From assembly GCA_964543035.1 (NCBI GenBank), contig CAZIVL010000002.1, positions 150,948 to 214,947 on the forward strand: a stretch of 64,000 nt of DNA, in the 5' to 3' direction. The notes under the pieces were generated by a model. The model was not told the DNA's origin. It saw only the letters and a program-made list of their open reading frames with translations, and made no database searches. A program made the position numbers and the translations under genes. Positions 9,783 through 18,866 of the stretch are shown piece by piece (position 1 is the stretch's first letter; the number at the start of each line of letters is the position of its first letter). This DNA is from an uncultured Gammaproteobacteria bacterium. Lineage in GTDB: Bacteria; Patescibacteriota; Microgenomatia; CAZETR01; Amesbacteraceae.

Positions 9783-10745
9783 ATGAATAATTTTCTTGAC
9801 GTACTAAAAAGAAACGCAGCAGTCTTGGGTGTCATGGGGTTGGGAGTACTGGCTGTTACTTCTGCTGTTTTCTTAAGCAGATCTACAAGTACTGTCCCAA
9901 CTGGTACACGAGCAAGTGAAGCAAGCTGCAATATAAGCTACGTCGTAGCTGGGGTGTCTATTGCTCCTACTCCTGAGCCTTGCATTGGAAGTATCGATGT
10001 AAATCTTGTTATGGATAGATCGTCATCCATGAACGTGAACTATACAGATCCAGCGACTGGGGTGACTAAAAAGAGATTGGAATGGGAAAAAGATGCAATG
10101 CTGGCTTTCTTGCAAGCTGCACGTGATCTTGCTCAGTCTGAAGACAATCTGACTATTAAAGCAACTGTGACTTCTTATGGAGCACAAGGAAATATACCTG
10201 ATGGTGAAACTTTGAAATTGGGTAGTGCTTACAGATCAACTCTGCATACTCCTGCACTATTGGACTTGAGAAATATAAACTCATATAACTCTTTGGTATC
10301 TGCTGTGACAGGTGTAGCCTACAACCCATCTGGCGATGGAACTTGTACTGAGTGTGGTCTGAGAATCGGTCGCAAGCAAGTATTTGCTACAAGAGCTAGT
10401 ACGGCACTTGTAAAAGCAAATGTATTGATCGCGGATGGACTGTCTAACAGAGTATGGGACGGTACAGGGTATCTAGAGCCCACATGGAAAGACGAAGATC
10501 CTGCCAATCCTGCTAATCAAAAAGCGGTTTCGGAAGCGGCTTTGGGTAAAGGTGAAAGAATTGAGCACTATGTAGTAGGGTACGGATCTGGCGTAAACTT
10601 TAATGGAAGAACATTGCAATCTATTTCTAACACTGGTCAAAGCCCTTATTACACAGCCAATCCAATTCCTACTGATTGGGCAAGCACAATGAGTAAAGTA
10701 TTGGCTAACTTGTGTGAAGTGAGTAGCGAAAGAGCTGGACGATGA
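9783..10745 (+). CDS. Membrane-anchored vWA-domain protein
   Basis: N-terminal TM; MIDAS DRSSSM, LIADG, YVVGYG. Confidence 0.8.
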   Translation: MNNFLDVLKRNAAVLGVMGLGVLAVTSAVFLSRSTSTVPTGTRASEASCNISYVVAGVSIAPTPEPCIGSIDVNLVMDRSSSMNVNYTDPATGVTKKRLEWEKDAMLAFLQAARDLAQSEDNLTIKATVTSYGAQGNIPDGETLKLGSAYRSTLHTPALLDLRNINSYNSLVSAVTGVAYNPSGDGTCTECGLRIGRKQVFATRASTALVKANVLIADGLSNRVWDGTGYLEPTWKDEDPANPANQKAVSEAALGKGERIEHYVVGYGSGVNFNGRTLQSISNTGQSPYYTANPIPTDWASTMSKVLANLCEVSSERAGR

Positions 10746-11056
10746 GTATTTTGGATCTAACTAGTGATGATTTTGGTACTGTGGTGGCTTCTGGATATTG
10801 GTTTGTAGATTTTTGGGCACCGTGGTGTGGACCATGCAAAATGGCGGCCCCGGTTATTGAGGAGCTGGCTTCTGAGTATGAAGGTAAAGTAAAGTTTGGG
10901 AAAGTGAATGTGGATGATTATCCTGACTTGGCTCAGAAGTACAACACTATGAGTATTCCGACTTGTATCCTGTTTAAGGATGGAACCGAAGTAGTCAGAC
11001 ATGTAGGTTTTTCGGGAAGAGCAGGATATGTGCAACTATTGAGTAAAGTCTTCTAG
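10742..11056 (+). CDS. trxA: Thioredoxin
   Basis: DFWAPWCGPC; SIPT. Confidence 0.97.
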   Translation: MSILDLTSDDFGTVVASGYWFVDFWAPWCGPCKMAAPVIEELASEYEGKVKFGKVNVDDYPDLAQKYNTMSIPTCILFKDGTEVVRHVGFSGRAGYVQLLSKVF

Positions 11057-11076
11057 TAAGGTAGATTGGATTAGCT

Positions 11077-12027
11077 ATGGATGAAGTATTTGATGTGATA
11101 ATTATCGGCTCGGGGCCGGCGGGTCTCACTGCTGGGATATATACCTCGCGAGCAAATATGAAGACTCTACTTTTGGCTGGAAGTAACTGGGGAGGACAAT
11201 TGATGCTAACAACAACCGTGGAAAACTTTCCGGGCTTTCCTGACGGAGTAGAAGGACCAGAACTGATGGGACGAATGCGGACACAAGCAGAAAGGTTTGG
11301 GGTAAAAGTACTGGAGGAAGATGTGGAAAAAATAGATTTTGGGAAGAAGCCGTTTGTCGTAAATGGTCATTTTGGTAAATCGGTAATAATTGCCACGGGG
11401 GCTTCTTCTCTGTGGCTCGGTGTACCTGGAGAACAGAGACTCATTGGGCGAGGAGTGAGTACTTGTGCGCCCTGTGATGCGCCATTTTTTAGAGATAAAA
11501 AAGTAATCGTGGTAGGAGGAGGAGATGCGGCTATGGAAGAAGCCCTAGTGCTCGCTAAGTTTGCCCATGAAGTGATTCTTATGCATCGAAGATCTACTTT
11601 TAGGGCGAGCAAGGTCATGCAAGACCGGGTCCTCGCTAATCCTAAAGTAAAAGTGATGTATGAGGCAGAAATAGAAGAAATATTGGGGGAGCAAAAAGTA
11701 ACGGGAGTGAAGATAAAAAACCAACACAAAGTAATTGACTGTGATGGAGTATTTGTGGCCATTGGACACGCTCCGATGGCAAAGATATTTGAAGGTCAGG
11801 TGGATCTAGATGAAAAAGGTTATGTGCTGTCGAAAAGACATGGGAAGTTTGCAAAGCAAGAAGATGATGGGACTGTCAAAATGCACTCGTATCATTCAAT
11901 GACCTCGGTAGATGGAGTATTTGTAGCCGGAGACGTGCATGACTTTCACTACCGTCAGGCCATCACGGCAGCTGGATATGGATGCGAAGCAGCACTAGAA
12001 TGTGAGAGATGGTTGCAAGAGCAGTGA
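11077..12027 (+). CDS. trxB: Thioredoxin-disulfide reductase
   Basis: GSGPAG, CAPCD, GGGDAA, FVAGD, QAITAAG. Confidence 0.97.
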   Translation: MDEVFDVIIIGSGPAGLTAGIYTSRANMKTLLLAGSNWGGQLMLTTTVENFPGFPDGVEGPELMGRMRTQAERFGVKVLEEDVEKIDFGKKPFVVNGHFGKSVIIATGASSLWLGVPGEQRLIGRGVSTCAPCDAPFFRDKKVIVVGGGDAAMEEALVLAKFAHEVILMHRRSTFRASKVMQDRVLANPKVKVMYEAEIEEILGEQKVTGVKIKNQHKVIDCDGVFVAIGHAPMAKIFEGQVDLDEKGYVLSKRHGKFAKQEDDGTVKMHSYHSMTSVDGVFVAGDVHDFHYRQAITAAGYGCEAALECERWLQEQ

Positions 12028-12053
12028 GTGCATGATATTGTAATTAGCACTGT

Positions 12054-12887
12054 ATGGCGACACGAAGAACAACTAAAAAAGTCGAACAAGAATATGTAGC
12101 TCCTCAACCTGTGATGTATGCAGCTCCACAAAAGAGTGCTTTGGAAAAAGCAGCCCCCTTGCTCGCAATCCTGGTCGTCGGAATGGCATTTGCAATGGGA
12201 GTCATGTGGACAAAGATGAGCAGTGGAACTGCAACAACTGGGGGAACGGCAGCAGTAAATAGTAAATATAAGAATCTGACTAAAGCATTTGAAGATTACG
12301 CAAAACAAATAAAAGCAGATCCTAAGAAGATTGCTTCTTGTATGTCCTCTGGTAGTAAAAAAGATCAGATCAATAAAGATCTGGAAGAGGGAACCGGATA
12401 TGGAGTGACGGGAACTCCAGGATTTTTCGTAAACGGTAAATTCTTAGGAGGAGCATTTCCTCTAAATCTGTTTAAAGAAATCATCGACAAAGAACTCGCT
12501 GGAACGGGAAGTACTGACGCAACCAAATACTCAGCAGAGCTCGCACAGGCGGCTGAAGGTGGATACTTTAAAGCTACACCCGTCCAAATAAATGTGGGCA
12601 ATGGTCAAACTAAGGGACCGGCAGATGCCAAGATCACACTCGTCGAATACTCTGACTTTCAGTGTCCTTATTGTTCTCGCGCTGAGCCCACAGTCGAGCA
12701 GCTCTTGAAAGACTATGAAGGCAAGATCAGACTGGTCTACAAAGAGTATCCTCTAACCCAGATCCACCCCAACGCTTTTGCCGCATCTGAATTTGCACTG
12801 TGTGCTGGAGATCAAGGAAAGTACTGGGAAGCACATGACCTCTTGTTCACAAACCAAGCGGAGTGGAGTAGTTTGCCACAGAGTTGA
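12054..12887 (+). CDS. Membrane-anchored DsbA-family oxidoreductase, circularly permuted
   Basis: EYSDFQCPYC and GVTGTPGFFVNG both present, but in reversed order. Confidence 0.9.
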   Translation: MATRRTTKKVEQEYVAPQPVMYAAPQKSALEKAAPLLAILVVGMAFAMGVMWTKMSSGTATTGGTAAVNSKYKNLTKAFEDYAKQIKADPKKIASCMSSGSKKDQINKDLEEGTGYGVTGTPGFFVNGKFLGGAFPLNLFKEIIDKELAGTGSTDATKYSAELAQAAEGGYFKATPVQINVGNGQTKGPADAKITLVEYSDFQCPYCSRAEPTVEQLLKDYEGKIRLVYKEYPLTQIHPNAFAASEFALCAGDQGKYWEAHDLLFTNQAEWSSLPQS

Positions 12888-12919
12888 GGAACTTAGTAGC
12901 CCTATAGTATAATGGGGGA

Positions 12920-13141
12920 ATGACAAATCGGATTGAGAAAATATTGGAGAATTTGGGCGTAGGTGGTGGAACTATTAGGAGATTTGGGACATCGACTGAA
13001 GATGATGGTGAAGATGTTGTGGTTAGAGAAGTTGGAAGGGCGTTATTTGCCGCGGTTTGTTGGAATTGGCCTTTAGTGGAGCATGCTGTGCGTACTGGAG
13101 TAGACCAAGCTTATGATGCTCTGCAAAAAGTAATAAAATAA
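12920..13141 (+). CDS. Hypothetical protein
   Basis: 73 aa; TATAAT 6 nt before ATG. Confidence 0.55.
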   Translation: MTNRIEKILENLGVGGGTIRRFGTSTEDDGEDVVVREVGRALFAAVCWNWPLVEHAVRTGVDQAYDALQKVIK

Positions 13142-13149
13142 TTTTGATT

Positions 13150-13671
13150 ATGAAACTGGGGGCGAAGGAATTAAGAATCACCAAACCGACTGAGGAACAG
13201 TTGGCAGCACTAGTCAAAAAGCCCATATATCTGATCTTGGACAATGTGCTGGATACCTACAATATTGGGTCTCTATTTAGACTGGCTGATGCTATCGGGG
13301 CACAAGAAATCATCATGTGTGGAGCCAGTGAGACGCCGCCATCGAGTAGGATCCATAAAGCGGCTGTAGGGACAGAAGAGTGGGTGAAGTGGAGCTATGC
13401 GGCTACTGCTGCGGAGGCCATTAAGCGATTAAGGGACGAAGGGGTAAAGATCGTTGTAGTAGAACAAGATAAAAGAGCGGTGAAGCTGGCAGAGCTTGAG
13501 GTCAAACTGCCTGTGGCAATAGTCATCGGGCATGAGACGAGTGGGGTGTCGAAAGAAGCGCTAGATCTGGCTGATGTGATCGTGGAAATACCGATGTATG
13601 GGGTAAACAAGAGCCTAAATGTACATGTGTCTGCCAGTATCGTGGCATATGAAGTATTGGGATTGACATGA
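13150..13671 (+). CDS. SpoU/TrmH family RNA methyltransferase
   Basis: NIGSLFR, IGHETSGV, IPMYGVNKSLNV. Confidence 0.93.
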   Translation: MKLGAKELRITKPTEEQLAALVKKPIYLILDNVLDTYNIGSLFRLADAIGAQEIIMCGASETPPSSRIHKAAVGTEEWVKWSYAATAAEAIKRLRDEGVKIVVVEQDKRAVKLAELEVKLPVAIVIGHETSGVSKEALDLADVIVEIPMYGVNKSLNVHVSASIVAYEVLGLT

Positions 13672-13698
13672 CATTGGGAATATGACCATAATAGATGT

Positions 13699-13815
13699 AT
13701 GGCAAAGAAACAGAAGGTAAGTGGGATCAAGGTGGGGAAAGTGAATCTGAAACTACTGGCTCTAATGGTGGCAGGGCTTGCTCTGGCCGTCGTAGAGCTG
13801 GTCTACTACGTCTAA
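13699..13815 (+). CDS. 38-aa small membrane protein (below the ORF-track cutoff)
   Basis: MAKKQKVSGIKVGKVNLKLLALMVAGLALAVVELVYYV; TTGACA-18-CATAAT-6-ATG. Confidence 0.65.
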   Translation: MAKKQKVSGIKVGKVNLKLLALMVAGLALAVVELVYYV

Positions 13816-13824
13816 CTTTAGGAC

Positions 13825-13853
13825 TTGGCTCTGGAGGGTCAAGGTTGTATAAT
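13825..13853 (+). promoter_or_regulatory. sigma70 promoter of 16S rRNA
   Basis: TTGGCT-17-TATAAT, followed by boxA-like GCCCTTTGACAAGT. Confidence 0.75.
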
Positions 13854-13941
13854 CATGGGTACTTCGAGTCTGGCCCTTTGACAAGTTATGCCTAAACGAA
13901 AATAACTTCTTGTATTTCAAGAAGTGGAATGGAAACGTCTT

Positions 13942-15435
13942 TTTTTTGAGAATTTGATCCTGGTTCAGGATGAACGCTGGCGGAGTGCCTTAAGCATGCA
14001 AGTGGAACGGGTGAGACCCGCAAGGGTTGAACTAGTCGCAGACGGGTGAGTAATACTTAGGAATCTACCATTTGGCGGGGAACAACTTGGCGAAAGCCGG
14101 GCTAATACCGCATAACACCGCAAGGTAAAAGACCCTAACCGGTCACCGAATGAGGAGCCTATGGCCTATCAGCTAGTTGGTGGGGTAAAAGCCTACCAAG
14201 GCGATGACGGGTAGCTGGACTGAGAGGTCGATCAGCCACAATAGCACTGAGACACGGGCTATACGTCTACGGACGGCAGCAACTGGGAATATTGCACAAT
14301 GGGCGAAAGCCTGATGCAGCGACTCCGCGTGGAGGATGAAGGTCTTTGGATCGTAAACTCCTTTTGACAAAGAAGCCGAGACCGCAAGGTCAAGGGACGG
14401 TATTTGTAGAATAAGCATCTGCTAACCACGTGCCAGCAGCCGCGGTAATACGTGGGATGCGAGCGTTATCCGGATTTACTGGGCGTAAAGAGTTCGTAGG
14501 CGTTTTGGTGCATTTCATTTCAAATTCCGAGGCTTAACCTCGGGCAGGGATGAAAGATGACCAGAATTAGAGTTTGCTAGGGGGTACTGGAACTCATAGT
14601 GTAGCAGTGAAATGCGTTGATATTATGAGGAACACCAAGGGCGAAGGCAGGTACCTGGGGCAACACTGACGCTGAGGAACGAAAGCTAGGGGAGCGAAAG
14701 GGATTAGAGACCCCTGTAGTCCTAGCCGTAAACGATGTCCGTTTGATCCTCGGATTTATTTGGGGGTCGAAGCTAACGCGTGAAACGGACCGCCTGGGGA
14801 GTACGGCCGCAAGGTTAAAACTCAAAGGAATTGACGGGAAGGCGCACAACCAGGGGAGCATGTGGTTCAATTCGATACGAAGCGATGGACCTTACCCAGA
14901 TTTGACATGTAATCGTACATTTCCCAAGAAACTGGGAGAAATCCGCAAGGATGATTACACAGCTGCTGCATGGCTATCGTCAGCTCGTGCCGTGGGGTGT
15001 CTACTTAAGTGTAGAAACGAGCGCAACCCTTACTCTGTGTTCAATAGTCACAGAGAACTGCTTTGCATTTAGTAAAGAGGAAGGAGGGGATGATGTTAAG
15101 TCAGCATGGCGCTTATATCTGGGGCCACACACATCCTACAATGGGGTGGAACAATGGGTTGCCAAGCCGTAAGGCGGAGCTAATCCCAACAAAACACCCC
15201 CCAGTTCAGATTGAGGTCTGAAATTCGACCTCATGAAGATGGACTTGGTAGTAATCGCGAATCAGCAGGTCGCGGTGAATACGTTCTCGCCTTTTGTACA
15301 CACCGCCCATCAAGCCAGCAAAGTCGGCAGTGCCTGATACCTCGGGTTTCCCGGGACAAGGGTAAGGTCGGCGATGAGGGCTAAGTTGTAACAAGGTATC
15401 CCTAGCCGAAGCTGGGGATGGATCACCTCCTTTCT
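13942..15435 (+). rRNA. rrs: 16S rRNA
   Basis: AGAATTTGATCCTGGTTCAG, GTGCCAGCAGCCGCGGTAA, AAACTCAAAGGAATTGACGG, GGATCACCTCCTTT; flanked by complementary processing arms (about 13908-13945 / 15532-15566). Confidence 0.98.
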
Positions 15436-15597
15436 AGGAGAATCAACACCCAGAGAGTTTTGTAATTCTCTCTTTAAGTAAAAATCACACATAAATAGAG
15501 TCACTACAACGTCATAGTTTGTGACTGCTATAAAAAGCGTTTCCATCCACTTCTTGGTATACAAGACATGGCACTACGTGAAGGCATAACTTTAATT

Positions 15598-15623
15598 AAC
15601 CCGCTAGTAATGGCGGGTTTTTT
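15598..15623 (+). terminator. Intrinsic terminator ending the 16S transcript
   Basis: AACCCGC-TAGTAATG-GCGGGTT followed by a T-run. Confidence 0.8.
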
Positions 15624-15624
15624 G

Positions 15625-15873
15625 ATGCAAGATTTAGGGATGAGAGGTCTTGCAGTAGAGCTTTGTGGTATGAATAGTCCTGCTGGCTTTGATTGTGAGA
15701 ATGTAGATTGTCCGGTAAAAAAACTGCATGTTGGAAAAGGGGGAGATGTGGATGTAATTTGTGCATGTGGGTTAATGGGAGGAATCGGTTTTTTGAAGCA
15801 GAACACCAGACCTGATGTAACGGTGTCGATGAGAGGAGATGGGGAAGAGTATAATCTTGTTTCCCATGAATGA
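15625..15873 (+). CDS. Small Cys-containing hypothetical protein
   Basis: ORF after the terminator; CxxxxC pattern; start uncertain. Confidence 0.4.
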   Translation: MQDLGMRGLAVELCGMNSPAGFDCENVDCPVKKLHVGKGGDVDVICACGLMGGIGFLKQNTRPDVTVSMRGDGEEYNLVSHE

Positions 15874-16090
15874 GAATTTACGTGTTTGCCCTATTAGTCG
15901 AGGAAGAGCGAAAGTAGCAGGTTTTGAGATGTGGAAAGATAATTATCTGAGTCCGGGTGGCATTTCGGTTTTGGATAAATGTAAGGCGGCTGAAATAGGA
16001 GAAACGGATACAGGATCAGAAGACGACAAATTTGAAGTGCCATGTAAAGTCTGTGCGAGAATGATATGTGGGGTTAGAATAAATGGATGA
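15866..16090 (+). CDS. Small Cys-rich hypothetical protein
   Basis: CP...C...PCKVC; TATAAT upstream of ATG 15866. Confidence 0.5.
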   Translation: MNENLRVCPISRGRAKVAGFEMWKDNYLSPGGISVLDKCKAAEIGETDTGSEDDKFEVPCKVCARMICGVRING

Positions 16091-16284
16091 ATAATCTGAA
16101 ACTAAAAGAGTTAGAGGAAAAGCTCGTGAAATATCGGGCGGAGCTGGCTGTCAAAAAAAGAAACTTTCGGGGGATAAAACACGAAGATAGTCTATCTGAA
16201 ATGAGATATACCGAATACCGAGTGTATCAGGATATGGTGGATGGACTGGAGCGCGAGATTGCGATGTTGAAAAAGAGGAAGTAA
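16087..16284 (+). CDS. Small coiled-coil hypothetical protein
   Basis: 65 aa, heptad pattern; ATGA overlap with the upstream ORF. Confidence 0.65.
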   Translation: MNNLKLKELEEKLVKYRAELAVKKRNFRGIKHEDSLSEMRYTEYRVYQDMVDGLEREIAMLKKRK

Positions 16285-16293
16285 GATTTGGGT

Positions 16294-16443
16294 ATGTTGA
16301 CGTTTCCTGAAGCTAAGGGAAGAGGAAGTTGTGTGGAGTATGGCCTAACATTAGTGCTTATTGGAGCAGTTGGTGTTGCCGTAATCGGTGCATTGGGCCC
16401 TGCAATCTCTCATGTGTTTTGGGAAAATATGAAAAATTTCTAG
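16294..16443 (+). CDS. Flp-like (type IVb) pilin, 49 aa
   Basis: KGRGSCVEYGLTLVLIGAVGVAVIGALGPAISHVF resembles Flp G-xxxx-EY plus hydrophobic helix plus LG..I..VF. Confidence 0.65.
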   Translation: MLTFPEAKGRGSCVEYGLTLVLIGAVGVAVIGALGPAISHVFWENMKNF

Positions 16444-16462
16444 GTGTGGTAGAATTTTGAGG

Positions 16463-17059
16463 ATGAGTGATTTGGATACAGAACAGACATCGCAACTTGG
16501 TGAAATTTCTAGAAATCGAATTCCTCTGACATCTGCAAGATTTGATGACGATGACATGAAAAAGAAGGATTTGGTATGGTTTAATAATTTGAGTTCAAGT
16601 GAAAGATTGGAAATCGCAAGGCAAGCTGCAGCAAAATTACATGGCACATTGAGGGAAAGGGCAAGTCAGGATGCGTCAGCTTTGGAAGCTTATGGAGGTC
16701 CTGTAACGTGTGTGACAACAGATCGCTTTGGAGTCGTTAATAATGCTGGTTTTTTATATAAACAAAAAGGGCAAGAGCCCTTTGTTTTTAATGGGGTTGG
16801 GTTTGAAAGAAGAATAGTAGGCAGTGGAGTGGAAGTTGCCATAACAACTAAAAATGGCGCTGGAATCGATGTTGGGAATTTTACAATGGATGTTGGGTTT
16901 GGAGATGATGATTTGAGGCCTGTATTGAGATTTCCGTTAGGAGAAAATCCTAAGGAAAATCCAACGTTGTTGCCAAATACTGCTTATATATTGCCGTGGT
17001 CTGAGGCGGGGAGAGCGAAGACTGCAATTGCTCATCTGGTGGCTGAAGCAATTAGATAG
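16463..17059 (+). CDS. Hypothetical protein
   Basis: About 198 aa; TAGAAT 7 nt before ATG. Confidence 0.6.
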   Translation: MSDLDTEQTSQLGEISRNRIPLTSARFDDDDMKKKDLVWFNNLSSSERLEIARQAAAKLHGTLRERASQDASALEAYGGPVTCVTTDRFGVVNNAGFLYKQKGQEPFVFNGVGFERRIVGSGVEVAITTKNGAGIDVGNFTMDVGFGDDDLRPVLRFPLGENPKENPTLLPNTAYILPWSEAGRAKTAIAHLVAEAIR

Positions 17060-17089
17060 GGGTTTGGTGTATAATTTTGAGGCTACTTT

Positions 17090-17161
17090 GGGTGCGTAGT
17101 TCAGTGGTAGAACGCATTCCTGATAAGAATGAGGTCCATGGTTCGATTCCATGCGCACCCA
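17090..17161 (+). tRNA. tRNA-Ile(GAT)
   Basis: Cloverleaf GGGTGCG...CGCACCCA; anticodon loop CTGATAA; CCA not encoded. Confidence 0.95.
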
Positions 17162-17164
17162 CTA

Positions 17165-18154
17165 ATGAAGAGCCTCTTGAAAAATAAGTGGTTTTGGGTG
17201 GTCATTGTGATCCTTCTCGTCGGGGGAGGATACTTGTGGAATAAGCAAAATCAGGCGAAGGTACAAAGTGAAAAGATAAAAATCGTGTCGGTGGAGAAGA
17301 AAAATATCGTGGAGAGCATCGTGGTTTCTGGCAAGATCGCAGCTGAGAAGCAGGCAACACTGACATTTCCAGCTGCTGGAAAACTATCTTACGTAAACGT
17401 AAAACCAGGAGATTCGGTCAAGGCTGGACAATGGATGGCATCACTCGACACGGGAGACTTGCAAGCGGCAGTCACTAAAGCTTGGTACACCTATTTGTCA
17501 TATGACGCGGCAGCCAAAGTGGCAGAAGATAGTGTAAAAGGGCATGAGTCGGATGAAACATTTGCCCAGAAAAATACTCGAGTGTCTGCCCAAACGGCCA
17601 GAGACAGTGCGTATGAGAATTGGCTTTCGGCTAATCGGGCTGTGCAACTGGCGGTTCTAAAATCTCCATTTGTGGGTATGGTAACTGAAGTGACGGTTTC
17701 TGCTTCCGGAGACACAGTGGGAATAACTGATGGGATTACAGTCGTGGATCCGGAAACGCTATATTTTGACACTGAAGTAGATGAAACAGATTTTGGGAAA
17801 ATAAAAGTCGGTCAGAAGGCAATCGTGAAATTGGATGCTTATGAGGATATGGAATTTGAGGGCACGGTGACCAGAATGGGGTTTGCCACGAGACTCTCTG
17901 ACTCGGGAGCTACAGTTATCCCAATCCGAATTAGTATCGTGGCCGATGGACTACGAGTGGGACTAAATGGAGATGCAGAACTCATTATCCAGGAAAAAGA
18001 AAACGTGCTGACTCTGCCTATTGAGGCAGTTAATGATGGCCAAGTAGAGAAAACTGATGGCAAGCAGATGGATGTCAAGACCGGCATCGAAAGCGAGGAA
18101 GATGTGGAAATAATATCTGGGATAAATGAGGGTGATCAGGTCGTAATAAAATAA
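17165..18154 (+). CDS. MacA/HlyD-type efflux adaptor subunit
   Basis: N-terminal TM; VKPGDSVKAGQ lipoyl motif; VDETDFGKIKVGQ. Confidence 0.9.
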   Translation: MKSLLKNKWFWVVIVILLVGGGYLWNKQNQAKVQSEKIKIVSVEKKNIVESIVVSGKIAAEKQATLTFPAAGKLSYVNVKPGDSVKAGQWMASLDTGDLQAAVTKAWYTYLSYDAAAKVAEDSVKGHESDETFAQKNTRVSAQTARDSAYENWLSANRAVQLAVLKSPFVGMVTEVTVSASGDTVGITDGITVVDPETLYFDTEVDETDFGKIKVGQKAIVKLDAYEDMEFEGTVTRMGFATRLSDSGATVIPIRISIVADGLRVGLNGDAELIIQEKENVLTLPIEAVNDGQVEKTDGKQMDVKTGIESEEDVEIISGINEGDQVVIK

Positions 18155-18181
18155 TGTTTAATGTCTAATATTTAATGTTTA

Positions 18182-18865
18182 ATGCAAAATATTCCTGTAA
18201 TTGAGTTTAAGAAAGTAAGTAGAGTTTACGGTGATCCAAACAATGAGGGGACGATGGTGAGGGCACTGGATAATGTAAGCTTTGAGATAAAAAAAGGCGA
18301 GTTTGTGGCAATCACTGGACCATCTGGATCTGGTAAATCCACACTACTACATCTCATTGGACTACTCGATAAACCGACGGAGGGAGAAATACTGGTGGAT
18401 GGAGAACAGGCAAGTAAATTGTCGGATGCGAAACTCGCAAAACTGCGAAATAAAAAAATAGGATTTGTGTTTCAACAATTTAATTTACTAAAGAGGACTG
18501 GGGCACTCAAAAACGTAGAACTACCTTTAGTGTATGCAGGAATAAGTAGTTCTGAAAGAACACGGATTGCAAAAGCCGAGCTGGAAAAAGTGGGACTCGG
18601 AGATAGGCTAAATAATAGTCCGGCTCAATTGTCGGGAGGACAACAACAAAGAGTGGCGATTGCCAGAGCATTGGTCACTAATCCATCACTCCTTTTGGCT
18701 GATGAACCGACTGGGAATCTGGATAGTAAAACAGGACAGGAAATACTGCAGTTATTTGAAGACCTGCATAAAAATGGAGTGACGATAGTACTGGTCACAC
18801 ATGACTCAAGTATTGCCAAAAAAGCGAAGAGACAGATTGTCATTCGAGATGGGAGGGTGGCATAA
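18182..18865 (+). CDS. MacB/LolD-type ABC ATPase
   Basis: GPSGSGKST, LSGGQQQRVAIARAL, LLADEPTGNLD. Confidence 0.96.
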   Translation: MQNIPVIEFKKVSRVYGDPNNEGTMVRALDNVSFEIKKGEFVAITGPSGSGKSTLLHLIGLLDKPTEGEILVDGEQASKLSDAKLAKLRNKKIGFVFQQFNLLKRTGALKNVELPLVYAGISSSERTRIAKAELEKVGLGDRLNNSPAQLSGGQQQRVAIARALVTNPSLLLADEPTGNLDSKTGQEILQLFEDLHKNGVTIVLVTHDSSIAKKAKRQIVIRDGRVA

Positions 18866-18866
18866 C

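Noticed and set aside
13695-13895. 66-aa ORF from the track
   Set aside because: A different frame (13699-13815) has a properly spaced promoter and a coherent TM peptide; this ORF also runs over the 16S promoter.
14173-15564. ORF-track ORFs within or antisense to 16S rRNA
   Set aside because: They overlap the rRNA gene; spurious.
16351-16647. Minus-strand 98-aa ORF
   Set aside because: Antisense to the Flp-like pilin and the next plus-strand gene.
17129-17164. ORF-track N-terminal extension of the efflux adaptor (likewise NUDIX 54028-54063 and murF 41275-41400)
   Set aside because: The extensions overlap tRNA genes or the divergent ddl gene; better starts exist downstream.
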